From Mobula birostris (Eukaryota), in assembly GCF_030028105.1 (NCBI RefSeq), contig NC_092377.1:103965177-104029176 (forward strand): a DNA stretch of 64,000 bases, given 5' to 3'. The notes beneath the pieces were generated by a model. That model saw nothing but the letters and a program-made list of their open reading frames with translations. It searched no databases and had not been told where the DNA came from. Position 1 is the stretch's first letter. Each line of letters opens with the position of its first letter. The translations under genes and the position numbers were made by a program. Of this stretch, positions 49,668-64,000 are shown one piece after another.

Positions 49668-50652
49668 AGTCATAAGGGTGGTGCTGTTGGCAGACCCAAA
49701 TGCAAGACACAGACACTGTAGTACCAGGAACAGGTCTCGATGTGTCAAAAGAAAGCAAGAGAAGTGGGAACGAAAGGGCACTGGACATTGACACAGGCCC
49801 TGGATGAGACTAGGATGCAGGGCCAGGGCTGGGATATGGACAAGAAACACGGAACCCAGACAAGGAACTAGGAACAAGGGACTCCGGAACTAAAGCCTGG
49901 ACAAGGACCCAGAACCTGGTTCTTGGTTGGGACTAGGAACCTGGGTCTTGACTGAAAACCGGAATCCGGGTTTAGGCTAGGACAAGATGTGGCTACAGGC
50001 CATGACTAGGCGATAGGACTGGACGTGAGACTCTTGGACAGGACAAGGGAACTGCAGCACTGGATAAGGGAACTCCAACACAGGGCTGGGCGAGGCACTC
50101 CTGGGCTGGGTGAGGACACGAAGTTCAGACGTGGACAGGACTGGAACACGGCTCCATAACTTGTTCTTGGAGCACAGGAACACAGAACCTTGGACTTGAA
50201 CACAGTAACACAGAACATAGAGCCAGGACCCCTCCTTGGGAACAGGATGTAGGGCCGGGTCTCATCTTAGACACCGACACTAAACATGGGGGCACAAAGG
50301 GACAGTTCCAAACTCAACGATAGATGTTTCCTTATCTTGGTGTGGCAAGGCTCCGGTCTCACACCAGCTGTTAAACTAGATGGCGATACAGGCAAGGTAG
50401 CAGGTGAAGGGAACAGGTGAAGATTACAGACGAAGATAAAAGACGAAGGTTAGTGCCAAAGTAACTGCCAGGGAATCAGATGGAGAAGGGAAGGAAACAG
50501 TCCAGCAAATGAAGCTGAACCCAGGAGTTACTTATGTAGTCAGCCCAAAATGAGAATCTGGTGCCTCAATTAAGGCATCCCAACAGAACAAGGGAAAACC
50601 TGGAATATGGATGATGGACCGGAATGTGGACTTCATGGACTCGACCATGACC
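49668..50652. mobile_element. Solo-LTR-like insertion, 5-bp TSD CAATG (unit 2)
   Basis: Absent from unit 1; ends agtcat...atgacc; caatg at 49663-67 and 50653-57. Confidence 0.75.
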
Positions 50653-53600
50653 CAATGTGCAAAAATGAATAAAAGGTGTAAACAGTAAAAAGTAAGCAAA
50701 TAATACTCAGAACTGAAGTTCAAGAAAGTGTGTTCACATTCATGAAGCCAGTCATAGCTGGTCCATGAGCCTGTTAGTGTCAGGCCACAGCCTCAGATCT
50801 GCACAGAGATGTGTAAACCTCACCAAGCACCTCCCTCACCCTGGCCCTGACAGACTGACCTTTTCAATCTGGCCTCGTGCTTAAATCGGCCAAACATCAG
50901 CCCATTCCTCGTTCTCGGACCTGGGCCCTGCTGCTTTGGTATACTCTTGGGCCCTGCACCACCAAAGGAAATATAAAATTACACAACAGACCAACAGAAA
51001 GCAATTAGAAATTTCTGTGTGAACATGGTCAGTCATGTAATCCTGGTTACTGTCCACAGAGAAAGTGAATTAATTCTACCATAAGTGCCATTGGGATTGT
51101 GTCCTTCTTTGTGAAACTTGGTGCTTGGGAGGCTAAAAAGTCTGAATGTGGAGAAGTCACCTGAACCAGATGGACTACAGCCACAGCTCTGAAAGAAGAG
51201 CCTGAAAAGATTGTGGAGGCATTTTTATAAATATTTCAAAAACTACTAGATTCTGGAATGGTTCCGTAGGACTGGAAAATTGCAAATGTCTCTCCACACT
51301 TTCAGAAAGGATGGAGACAGAAGAAAGGAAACTATAGGCCAGTTAGTCTGGTTGGGAAGATGTTGGAGTCAATTATTAAGGGAGAGGTCTCAGGATACGT
51401 GGAAGCACATGATAAAATAGGCTGCAGTGAGTGTGGTTTCCTCAAGGGAAAATCTTGTCTGACAAATCTGTTGGAACTTTTTAAGAGTTAACAGGTAGGA
51501 TAGACAAAGGAGAATCTATGGATGTTGTTTACTCAGATTTTTGGATGGCCTTTGACAAGGTGCTGCACATGAGGCTGCTTAACAACATAAAAGCCCATGG
51601 TACTACGGGAAAGATTCAAGCATGGATAGAGGATTACCTGACTGGCAGGAGGCAAAGAATGAGAATAAAGGGGGTCTTTTCTGGTTGGCTACCCATGACT
51701 AGTGGTGTCTGCAGGGGTTGCTGTTGGGAACACTGCTTTTCACGTTATATGTTAACGATTTGGATGATGGAATTGATGGCTCTGTGGAGAAGGATGTTGA
51801 TGATACAAAGGTAGGTGGAGGGGCAGATGGTGTTGAGGAAGCAAGGAGGCTGCGGACGTCCTTACATGGATTGGGAGATTGGAACAAGTGCCTGATGGAA
51901 TACAGTATAGGGAAGTGTATGGTCATACACATTATTAGAAGAAAAACAAAGGCATAACTATTTTCTAAATGGGAAGGAAATTCAGAAATCAGAGGTACAA
52001 AGGCTCTTGGTGGTTCTCACTTAAAGTCCCTAAATGTTAACCTGCAGATTGAGTCATTGGTGAGGAAGGCAAATGGGATGTTAGCATTCATTTTGAGAGG
52101 ACTAGAATATAAAAGCAAAGGTGCAGTGCTAAGACGTAATAAGGCATTGGTCAGAGCATATTTTAAATAATAGAGCAGTTTTGGTCTTCTTATCTAAGAG
52201 AGTATACACTGGCCCAGTCTCAGAATAGAGGGGTGTCCATTTACAACAGAGACAAAGAATTTGACAAAGAATGACAAAGAATTTCTGCAGCTCGAGGGTG
52301 GTGAATCTGTGGAATTCATTTATACAGGTACTGTGGAGACCACAATGCCTTTCTCTTCAGTGAATACAGCAGAGAACTATCCATTTCAGTCCACACCCTC
52401 TGGTTTCACTGCAGGAAAGTTAAAACAGTGTCTGAGAATTCAAAAGTTCTGCTTGTGTGTCAGGCAGCCCTTCCATCATTCCATATTGCATAATATATGT
52501 AATTTATTACATTTTCTCTCATATAATAGTTGTATTTTTCCTCACAATCCCCTTATAACTTATCTTTAAGCATTGTTAATTAGCCAGAGGCAGCTAAATT
52601 CAGGGTCTTGAAATTACGAATAGTTAAATGTTATTGAAATTTTGCGAAACACACTAGTTAAGATTTTTGATGTGAATGCTGTAGGTATGTTGTTTAATAG
52701 TTCTGAAGGAGCAGTGTGCTCTGCTGATAATGTACTCCAAGTGGGGACTGACCAGGGTCCTAGATAGCTGTAATATTACCTCTTGACCCTTCAACTCAAT
52801 CCCACAATTGTGAAGGCCACTACACCGTATGCCTTCTAAACCACAGAGTCAACCTGCGTAGCAACTTTGAGTGACCTATGGACTCAGACCTCAAAATCCC
52901 TCTGATCCTCCACACTGCCAAGAGTCTTACCATTAATGCTATATTCTGCCATCATATTTGACCTACCAAAATGAACCACCTCACACTTATCTGGGTTGAA
53001 CTCCATCTGCCACTTCTCAGCCCAGTTTTGCATCCTATCAATGTCCCATTGTAACCTCTGACAGTCCTCCACACTATCCACAACACCCCCAACCTTTGTG
53101 TCATCAGCAATTTACCAACCCATCCGTCCATGTCCTCATCCAGGTTATTTATAAAAATCACACAGAGTAGGGGTCCCAGAACAGATCCCTGATGCACACG
53201 ACTGGTCACCAGCCTCCATGCAGAATATGACCCAACTACAACCACTCTTTGCCTTCTGTAGGCAAGCCAGTTCTGGATCCACAAAGCAATGTCTCCTTGG
53301 ATCCCATGCCTCCGTACTTTCTCAATGTTCCCTAGGATCCCATGCCTCTGTACTTTCTCAATAAGCGTTGCATTGGGTATCTTATCAAACGCCTTGCTAA
53401 GAACCATATACACTACATCTACAGCTCTACCTTCATCAATGTGTTTAGTCACATCCTGAAAAAATTCAATCAGGCTCGTAAGGCACAACCTGCCTTTGAC
53501 AAAGCCATGCTGACTATTCCTAATCATATTATGCCTCTCCAAATGTTCATAAATCCTGTCTCTCAGGATCTTCTCCCTCAACTTACCAATCACAGAAGTA

Positions 53601-56600
53601 AGATTCACTGGTCTATAATTTCCTGGGCTATCTCTACTCCCTTTGTTGAATAAGGAAACAACATCCGCAACCCTCCAACCCTCCGGAACCTCTCCTTCAC
53701 TGATGCTGCAAAGATCATCACCAGAGCTCAGCAATCTCCTCCCTCACTTCCAATAGTAATCGGTGGTACATCCCATCCGGTCCCAGTGATTTAACCAACT
53801 TGATGCTTTCCAAAAGCTCCAGCACATCCTTTTCCTTAATGTCTATATGCTCAAGCTTTTCAGTCCGCTGTAAGTCATCCCTACAATTGCCAAGATCCTT
53901 TTCCGTAGTGAATACTGAAGCAAAGTCATTAAGTACCTCTGCAATTTCCTCTGGTTCCATACACACGCTTCCACTGTCACAGTCGGTTGGTCCTATTCTC
54001 TCAAATCTTATCCTCTTGCTCTTCACATACTTGTAGAATGCCTTGGGGTTTTCCTTAATCGTGTGTGCCAAGGCCTTCTCATGGCCTCTTCTGGTTCTCC
54101 TGATTTCATTCTTAAGCTCCTTCCTGCTCACCTTATAATCTTCTAGATTCCTCTCATTACCTTGTTTTTTGAACCTTTCATAAGCTTTTCTTTTGTCTTG
54201 ACTAGATTTACAACAGCCTTTGTACACCACAGATCTTGTACCCTACCATCCTTTCAATGTCTCGTTGCAACGTACCTCTTCAGAACTCCATGCAAATATC
54301 CTCTGAACATTTGCCACATTTCTTCCGTACATTTCCCTGAGAACATCTGTTTCCAATTTATGCTTCCAAGTTCCTGCCTGATGGCCTGATATTTCCCCTT
54401 ACTCCAACTAAAAGTTTCCCTAACTTGTCTGTTCCTATCCCTCTCCAATGCTGTGGTAAAGTGATAGAATTGTGATCGCTATCTCCAAAATTCTCTCCCA
54501 CTGAGAGACCGGACACCTGACCAGGTTCATTTTCCAAAACCTGATCAAGTACAGCCTCTCCTCTTGTAGGCTTATCTACATATTGTGTCAAGAAACCTTT
54601 CTGAACACACCTAACAAACTCCACCCTGTCTAAACCCCTCACTCTAGGGAGACGCAAATCAATATTTGGGAAATTAAAATCTCCCACCACAACAACCCTG
54701 TTATTATTACTCCTTTCCAGAATCTGTCTCCATATCTGCTCCTCGATGTCCCTGTTACTATTGGGTGGTCTAAAAAAAAAACAGACAGTAGAGTTACTGA
54801 CCCCTTCCTATTCCTAACCTCCACCCACAGAGACTCCATAGACAACACCCCCATGACTTCCCCCTTTTCTGCAGCCATGACACTATCTCTGATCAACAGT
54901 GCATGCCCCCAGCTCTTTTGCCTCCCCCCGTCTGTTCTGAAACATCTAAAGCCTGGCACTTGAAGTAACCATTTCTGCCCCTGAGCCATCCAAGTCTCTG
55001 TAATGGCCTTCGAAACAGTGTTTGGGAACTGGAGCTGCAGGTCTATGACCTCCGGCTTGTTCAGGAAATTGAAGCAGTGATAGATGTGAGCTACAGGAGA
55101 CAGGAAAATGGGTGACTCTCAGGAGAGGGAAGGGGGAATGTCAGATAGTAGAGAGTACACCTGTGGTCATCCGACTCAAGAATTAGTACTCCATTTTGAG
55201 TACTTTTGTTGGGGACGGCCTACCTGGGGGAAAGAACAGTAGCCGTGCCTCTGGCACCAAGTGTGGCTCTGTGGCTCAGAAGGGTAGGGAACTGACGAGG
55301 ATGGCAGCAGTAATAGGGGACTCTAGAGTCGGGGACACATAGGCTGTTCTGTGGATGCTAAGTGGAAATGCAGAGGACAGTTTTCCTCCCAGGAGCCAGT
55401 GTTCAAGTTGTTTCTGGATGTGTCCACAGTATGCTGAAAAAGGAGGGTGAGCAGCCAGAAGTCGTGGTACATTCCGATAGAAAAAGGGAGAAACTCCTCA
55501 ATAGAAGGATATAGGGAGTTAGAAAAGAAACTGAGAAGCAGGACATCAAGGGTAGAAATCTCAGGATTGCTGCCTGTGCCATGCGACACTGAGTATAGGA
55601 ATAGATAAGATGGCAGATAAATGCATAGCTGTCGAATTAGAACAAGGTGAATGAACTCATGGCACCGATTAGAGACTGGTTGGTATAACATTCTGGGCAT
55701 CACTGAGTCATGGTTGAAAGAAGGCATGAACCTCAAATGATATACTGATGGAATTACATCTTTAGAAAGAGGTGACAGAGTCAGAGAATGCTGAATTTTG
55801 TGGGTGGAGTAAGAAGTTGAAAGGGTAAAGAAACCATGATGGGAATTATATAGTAACTAATAGCGGAGTTAAGATAGCAAAGTGAGCTGGAAAAGGAAGG
55901 TAATAAGAGTATCGACACAATTGTAATGGGGGAGTTCAGTATGCAAGGGGATTGGGAAATTCAGGTTGATGTCGGGTCCCAAGAGAGGGAATTTGTTGAA
56001 TGCCAGTGAGATGGCTTTTTAGAGCAGCTTGTGCCTGAGCCTCCTTGGGGAAGAGCTATCTCAGACTGGGTGTTATTTAATAGCCTAGATCTATGAGGGT
56101 AGACTAGCCAATAATATAAAGCAGGATACCAGAATTTTTTTTCAGTTATACAGAGAGTAAAAGGAAAGTTAGAGTTGATATTAGACCAATGGAAAATGAT
56201 GCTGGTGAGGTTGTAATGGGGGACAAAGAAACGGCAGATGAATGTAATAGGTCTTGACTGTGGAAGACGCTAGCAGTGTGCCATAGTTCTGTAAGTGTCA
56301 GGGAGCAGGAGTGAGTGCCAGTGCTATTACAAAGGAGAAAGTGCAAGGCAATCTCAAAGGTGGAAGGCTGGATAAGTCACCTGGCGCTTTTCCCCTTGAC
56401 TCCTGTTCTTTGGTGAATGAGGCCGTTCTCTGATCGGGATTTCACATTTACTAATCAGAATAGGCGATTTGCTGCGCCACTCTGCATTAAGTCAAGTCGA
56501 GACGACGGCGGAAAAAAGATCTTAATTTTCGATAAAATGAAACTATCCGGGAATGAGAGAGAGTCCGCTCGTTGCAGCGACAAATGTAGATTATTTTAGG

Positions 56601-56690
56601 GGAGGAAAAGCGATTTAGATCAAGAGTCGAAGTCGCTTGTCTACGACAGACACTCTGAACGGAAATCCCCCGGACTCACCCCAGCCGGTG

Positions 56691-56736
56691 CTCAGCCCTT
56701 CCACAGACAATCTGAGTGGCTCTGAAAAGAGCCTTT
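56691..56736 (-). terminator. Histone stem-loop + HDE (H2A copy 3)
   Basis: Stem-loop 56718-56733. Confidence 0.93.
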
Positions 56737-56763
56737 GGTTTTTTAAATTGTCGTTTTATGTCT

Positions 56764-57351
<588 letters not shown>

Positions 57352-57500
57352 TCACTCCCCAAAAGGAAATGAGAATTGAAAAACTTCAAAGTATATTTAC
57401 TATCAAAGTATGTATACTACATACACTCATCACCTCAGAGGCAGTCACAAAACAAAAGAAACTCAATAGAACTCATTAAAAATACTCAAACCACCCAATG

Positions 57501-58999
57501 AGTCATAAGGGTGGTTCTGTTGGCAGACCCAAATGCAAGACACAGACACTGAAGTACTAGGAATGGGTCTCGGTGTGTCAAGGAAGTAAGGGAAGTGGGG
57601 ACGAAAGGACACTGGACATTGACACAGGCCCTGGATGAGACTAGGATGCAGGGCTAGGGCTGGGACATGGACAAGAAACATGGAACCCAGACAAGGAACT
57701 AGGAACAAGGGACTCTGGAACTAAAGCCTGGACAAGGACCCGGTACTTGGGTCTTGGTTGGGACTAGGAGCCTGGGTCTTCACTGAAAACCGGAATCCGG
57801 GTTCAGGCTAGGACAAGATGTGGCTACAGGTCATGGCTTGGCGACAGGAGACTGCTGGACAGGACAAGGGAACTGCAGCACTGGACAAGGGAACTCCAAC
57901 ACAGGGCTGGGTGAGGACACAAAGTTCAGACTTGGACAGGGCTGGAACTCCATAACTTGTTCTTGGAGCACAGGAACACAGAACCTTGGACTTGAACACA
58001 GTAACACAGAACATAGAGCCAGGACCCCTCCTTGGGAACAGGATGTAGGGCCGGGTCTCATCTTAGACACCGACACTAAACACGGGGGCACAAAGAGACA
58101 GTTCCAAACTCAACGATAGATGATTCCTTATCTTACCGTGGCAAGGCTCCGGTCTCACTCCGGCAGTTGAACTTGATGGGGATGCAGGCGAGGCTTCGGG
58201 CAAGGCTTCAGTAGGAAGGGGAAGGGAAGGGAACAGTCCAGCACAGGATTGGGAATCTCCAGCACCGGGCTGGGCAAGGTACCCCTGGGCAGGACTTGGC
58301 TAGGCTCAGCTCTTGGACTCAGCTTGGTTAGGGCCTTGAGTACGGAGCCTGGACTCATCTTTGGAGCGCAGGTCCGGGACCCTTTCTAGGACGCAGGGCC
58401 GGGATGACTGCTGAGGCAAACTGCCGAGGATTCGGATGGGAACGATCCAGTGCCAGGCGAGGAATCTCCAGCACCGGAACACGGGCACCTGGACTCGGTC
58501 TTGGAACACAGGAAGACAGAGCCTTGGACTTGAGCACAGGAACAGGGAACACAGTCAGGATCTCTCCTTAGGAACATGACATAGGGCCGGGACTTGTACA
58601 CAGAACACAGACACTAAACATGGGGACACAAAGAAACAGTTCCAAACTCAACGATAGATAGTTCCTTATCTTGGTGTGGCAAGGCTCCGGTCTCACACCA
58701 GCGGTTAAACTAGATGGCAATACAGGCAAGGTAGCAGGCGAAGGGAACAGATGAAGATCACAGATGAAGATAAAAGATGAAGGTTAGTGCCAAAGTAACT
58801 GCCAGGGATTCAGATGGAGATGGGAAGGAAACAGTCCAGCAAATGAAGCTGAACCCAGTAGCTATTTATGTAGCTAGCCCAAAATAAGAATCAGGTGCCT
58901 CAATTGAGGCATCCCAACAGAACAAGGAAAAACCTGGAATAACGATCGATGGACCGGACCGTGAACCAGAATGCAGACTTCATGGACTGGACCATGACC
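57501..58999. mobile_element. Longer version of the same solo-LTR-like insertion (unit 3)
   Basis: Same site and TSD as in unit 2; ~0.5 kb longer with diverged internal repeats. Confidence 0.75.
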
Positions 59000-60914
59000 C
59001 AATGTGCAAAAATGAACAAAAAGTGCAAACAATAAAAAATAAGCAAATAATACTCAGAACTGAAGTTCAAGAAAGTGTGTTCACATTCATGAAGCCAGTC
59101 ATAGCTGGTCCAGGAGCCTGTTAGTGTCAGGCCACAGCCTCAGATCTGCACAGAGATGTGTAAACCTCGCCTAGCACCTCCCTCACCCTGGCCCTGACAG
59201 ACTGACCTTTTCAATCTGGCCTTGTGCTTAAATCGGCCAAACTTTGGCTCACTCCTGGTTCTCGGACTCGGGGTCTGCTGCTTTGGTATACTCTTGGGCC
59301 CTGCACCACCAAAGGAAATATAAAATTACACAACAGACCAACAGAAAGCAATTAGAAATTTCTGTGTGAACATAGTGAGTCACATAATCCTGGTTACTGT
59401 CCACAGAGAAAGTGAATTAATTCTCCCATAACTGCCGTTGGGATTGTGTCCTTCTTTGTGAAACTTGGTGCTTGGGAGGCTAAAAAGTCTGAATGTGGAG
59501 AAGTCACCTGAACCAGATGGACTACACCCAGGGCTCTGAAGAAGAGCCTGAAAAGATTGTGGAGGCATTTGTATAAATATTTCAAAAAACACTAGATTCT
59601 GGAATGGTTCCGTAGGAGTGGAAAATTGTAAATGTCACTCCACACTTTCAGAAAGGATGGAGACAGAAGAAAGGAAACTATAGGCCAGTTAGTCTGGTTG
59701 GGAAGATGTTGGAGTCAATTATTAAGGGAGAGGTCTCAGGATACGTGGAGGCACATGATAAAATAGGCTGCAGTGAGTGTGGTTTCCTCAAGGGAAAATC
59801 TTGTCTGACAAATCTGTTGGAACTTTTTAAGAGTTAACAGGCAGGATAGACAAAGGAGAATCTATGGATGTTGTTTACTCAGATTTTTGGATGGCCTTTG
59901 ACAAGGTGCTGCACATGAGGCTGCTTAACAAGATAAAAGCCCATGGTACTACGGGAAAGATTCAAGCATGGATAGAGGATTACCTGACTGGCAGGAGGCA
60001 AAGAATGAGAATAAAGGGGGTCTTTTCTGGTTGGCTATCCATGACTAGTGGTGTCTGCAGGGGTTGCTGTTGGGAACACTGCTTTTCACGTTATATGTTA
60101 ACGATTTGGATGATGGAATTGATGGCTCTGTGGAGAAGGATGTTGATGATACAGAGGTAGGTGGAGGGGCAGATGGTGTTGAGGAAGCAAGGAGGCTGCG
60201 GACTGCCTTACACGGATTGGGAGATTGGAACAAGTGTCTGATGGAATACAGTATAGGGAAGTGTATGGTCATACACATTATTAAAAGAAAAACAAAGGCA
60301 TAACTATTTTCTAAATGGGAAAGAAATTCAGAAATCAGAGGTACAAAGGCTCTTGGTGGTTCTCATTTAAAGTCCTTAAGTGTTAACCTGCAGATTGAGT
60401 CGTTGGTGAGGAAGGCAAATGAGTTGCTAGCATTCATTTTGAGAGGACTAGAATATAAAAGCAAAGGTGCAGTGCTAAGACGTAATAAGGCATTGGTCAG
60501 AGCATATTTTAAATAATAAGAGCAGTTCTGGTCTTCTTATCTAAGAAAGTATACACTGGCCCAGTCTCAGAATAGAGGGGCGTCCATTTAGAACAGAGAT
60601 GACAAAGAATTTCTGCAGCTCGAGGGTGGTGAATCTGTGGAATTCATTTATACAGGTACTGTGGAGACTAAGTCCACCCCACAATGCCTTTCTCTTCAGT
60701 GAATACAGCAGAGAACTATCCATTTCAGTCCACACCCTCTGGTTTCACTACAGGAAAGCTAAAACAGTGTCTGAGAATTCAAAGTAAGTTCTGCTTGTGT
60801 CAGGCAGCCCTTCCATCATTCCATATTGTGTAATATATGTAATTTATAACATTTGCTCTCATATAATAGTTGTGTTTTTCCTGACAATCCCCTTATAACT
60901 TCTCTTTAAGTATT

Positions 60915-61070
60915 ATTATAATTATGTGGTTCTGTCAGTGTCAGTCCTTGGTATGTCCTGTTTTCTGTGATATCACTCCGGAGAAACATTGTATCATTTC
61001 TTAATGCATGTATGCATTTCTAAATGACAATAAAAGAGGACTGAGTGTTCTCATAATCTAATCTAATCTA
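60915..61070 (+). mobile_element. 3' fragment of the (TCTAA)n-tailed element, unit 3 only
   Basis: Matches 19425-19585. Confidence 0.8.
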
Positions 61071-61175
61071 AATGTTATTGCATTTTTGCGTGACACACTG
61101 GTTACGATTTTTACTGGGAATACTGTAGGTTATTTGTTTAATAGTTCTGAAGAAGCGGTGTGTTCTGCTGATAAT

Positions 61176-64000
61176 GTTTGGGTTGCAGTTAAAGATAAGG
61201 GGCTGTGATGTTCAATTTAGGAATTTCGGCTCAGCCTTTCAGGTTGGTGGCATTGGGAGAGAGTTCTCAAGAAAGCTGGGTGGACTGGTTGATACTTTAA
61301 TGTTGGTCTGTCCGGACCCATTTGAGAACGATGAAGCTTCCATTATTGTGGGAACAAATACTCCCCCAGTGAGACGGCTAGTGGGAGACTGCAAGGAGAA
61401 AAATGGAAAGAATTTCTGGAAAACCTCATCCATTCACCCAGCGTTCAGAGCCATATCAGAGGATGCACAAGTTCCTCCTAATCTGGATGATGAGCACAAA
61501 CGAGGAACTGTGTAGTATCTTTAGCCCAAGCCCGTAATGTTACATCCTGGGGAAGTAGCTGGCGTGACAGGACACCCCAAGTTCCCTGGAATGTCTGATG
61601 CGGAGGCAGTCCTGGTGGATACTCTGGAGGATCGCGAGGAAGAGTTACGCTTACTTTCTGGGGTGCTGTGAGAGCTGAACCTCTGAAACGAGTTTGAGGT
61701 GGGTTGCTTCCAGAGTACCCGCCACTCCATCCGAGTGATCAAGGACACCCTTTTCAGAGAAAAGTCTCAATGGTTAGCACCAGCGCAGGTGGAAGATGTT
61801 CGGCAGCATCTGCTGAAATAGAAGGAAGCTGGAATTATCACTGAATCAAGGAGTCCCTATGAGTCATCCATAGGGAGGAAGAAATGAAAGGGACGAATGT
61901 GTGTTGACTAACGGACACTGAATCAATGTACGGTCCCTGACCAATGCACTGTTCCACAGATGAAGGATTCACTGGCCTGCCTGAATGGTGCAAAATGGTT
62001 CAGTGTCCTGGACCTAAGGAATGGGTATTATCAGATACCCATGAGTGAAGCTGACAAAGAGAAGACTGCATTCATATGTCCACTTGGATTCTTTCAATTT
62101 GAAAGAATGCCCCAGGACATACCAGGATCCCTGGCAATTTTTCAACATGTCATGGAGTAGACTGTTGGGGCATGAATTTACTTGAGGTACTGGTGTACTT
62201 GGATGATCTCATAGCGTTCGGGTCCACCCTGGAAGAGCACGAGAGAGGGCTACTGAAGGTGCTTGGCCCCCTGAAACCTGAAAGGTTAAAACTGTCACTG
62301 GACAAGAGCAGCTCTGCAAGACGTCACTCAACCACATTGGGTACATAGTCTCACGGGATGGGGTAATCAAGGATTCGTCAAAAGTAGAGGTGGTGACCAC
62401 ATGACCAAGGCCCAAGAAAGTGAGCACTCTACACTCATTCCTTGGGTTCTGTGGGTACTACTGGAGATTCATGAAGGACTACTCCAAATTAAACCACCCT
62501 TTGAATCAGCTTCTGTGTGGGTACCCACCTTGAAGAAGAGAAGAAGGAGAATAAAAGGGGAAGAAGATAATGTTCCTCTTAGCCATGAGGGATTAGGCAG
62601 TGTTCTATATCAGGACCAAGGTAAAGGGTTAACAGCAGTTTCTTTCATCAGTCAGAATCTGTCACCCTCTGAACATAACTACCCTATGTACAAATTGGAG
62701 TTTCTGGCATTGAAATGGGTTGTGGTGGACAAGTTAAATGACTATTTTGATGGTGTCAAGTTTGAGGTGAGGACTGACAACAATCCACTCACTTATTTTT
62801 TGACCTCAGCAAATTGGATGCTGCAGGTCACCATTGATTGGCAGCGTTATCAGCTTATAAGTTCAGCCTGTAACAGAGGCCGGGGAGCCAGAACATTGAT
62901 TCGGATGTGTTGTCTTGGCATTCACGAGATGCTGAAAATCGACAGAGAGTGGGAGAGTCTTCCTGCCTCTGTTGTTCAAGCAATCTTCCGGTTTTCCGCC
63001 ACGGAGAAACCAGCAGCAAGGCTGTGGTAGGATAGAGCTGTGGATCATTTGGAAGCTTCCGGTTGCTCCATTCCACAAGCTTATTGCAATTTGACTGTCC
63101 GAGCACAAAGCAGTTGCCTGCCTTGAGCCCAGTGGAATTGGCAGACACCTAGTGACCTGAACCCTTCTATAGGTGATATTTGGACATGTGTTGCAGAAGG
63201 TGACATGGCCCAAGTTGAAAAGATGAAACACACCCTATACCCCTACTGATGAGAGAATGGAATAAACTGGAGTTGAGGAAACAGTTTTTATACAGGGTCA
63301 CATCTCCTCTAGACAGGCCTCGGTGTTCGTTGTTGGTTTTGCCTGAGAAGCATCGGAGAATTGTGTTGAAGTCACTTCATGATGATTCAGGTCACTTGAG
63401 GTTTGACAAGATCTATGGATTGGTTTGAGATCCGTTCCATTGGCCCCGAATGAATCCTGAGGTTGAGGGTACTGTAAGTTGTGTATTCAATGTATTTGGG
63501 GGAAGACACTACCGACAAGATTGCTCCATTATCCCACTTACTGAGTCCAGGGCCACTTGATTCAGTGTGAATGGATTTGCTCTCCATCAAGCCTGATTCC
63601 AGAAACACTGCCAATGTCTTAGTCAGTACTGATCACTACACCAGATATGCTCCAGCTTTCCCACAAAGGGCCAGGGGATGTCCACAGTAGCCAAAGTGTT
63701 ATGAGAAAAGTATTTTGTTCATTATGACCTGCCAAGATGGATACACAGTGATCAGGGAAGGAATTTTGATAGTAGGCAGATACATCAGTTACTGGGCATG
63801 CTTGGAGTGGTGAAGTCGAGAACCACACCCTGTCATCCTCAGGGTGATCCCAGTTCAACTGGACATTGCTAGGCATGCTGGGAACCCTGGATATCAGCAA
63901 GAAGAACAAATGGAATCAGCATATTGGGCATTAGGTCCACTGCTACAACTGTACACAGAATGAAGCTACTGGATACTCACCATACCACTTGGAGATCAGG
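61176..64000 (+). mobile_element. Degenerate Gypsy pol (PR-RT-RH-IN), runs off the window
   Basis: WFSVLDLRNGYYQI, KTAFICPLGFFQFERMP, YLDD ~62195, LEFLALKW, TDNNPL, SDQGRNF. Confidence 0.9.

Overview
This is a repeat-dense eukaryotic window, not prokaryotic. The CR1/Penelope/V-SINE content suggests a cartilaginous fish, probably a ray (inference). Host genes: (i) a KRAB-less 17-finger C2H2 zinc-finger gene on + (CpG-island/NRF1 promoter ~5.2 kb, likely non-coding exon 1, CDS 6807-8243); (ii) three intact replication-dependent histone H2A genes on - with atypical tails, carried on a tandem segmental triplication (~6.8 kb core, 38.2-61.2 kb); (iii) a deleted tRNA-Thr(AGT) pseudogene. The rest is nested transposons: many CR1 LINEs, Rex/Babar-like LINE pieces, a Tc1 relic, a spuma/loki-like retroviral pol relic, a Gmr1-type (SCAN-like gag, IN before RT) LTR element with a solo LTR inserted in its own LTR tip, two more Gypsy relics, a near-intact hAT element, and Penelope-like elements. 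Most interesting signals: minimal, dimer-type hammerhead ribozymes in the Penelope-like elements (48315-48350; inverted pair at 5690-5762 inside the ZNF intron), the orphan H2A variant array with copy-specific TE gains and losses (including a probable hAT excision footprint), and a ZNF whose start codon appears recruited from a decayed finger linker. All calls are by eye. Repeat boundaries are approximate unless a TSD or TIR is given.
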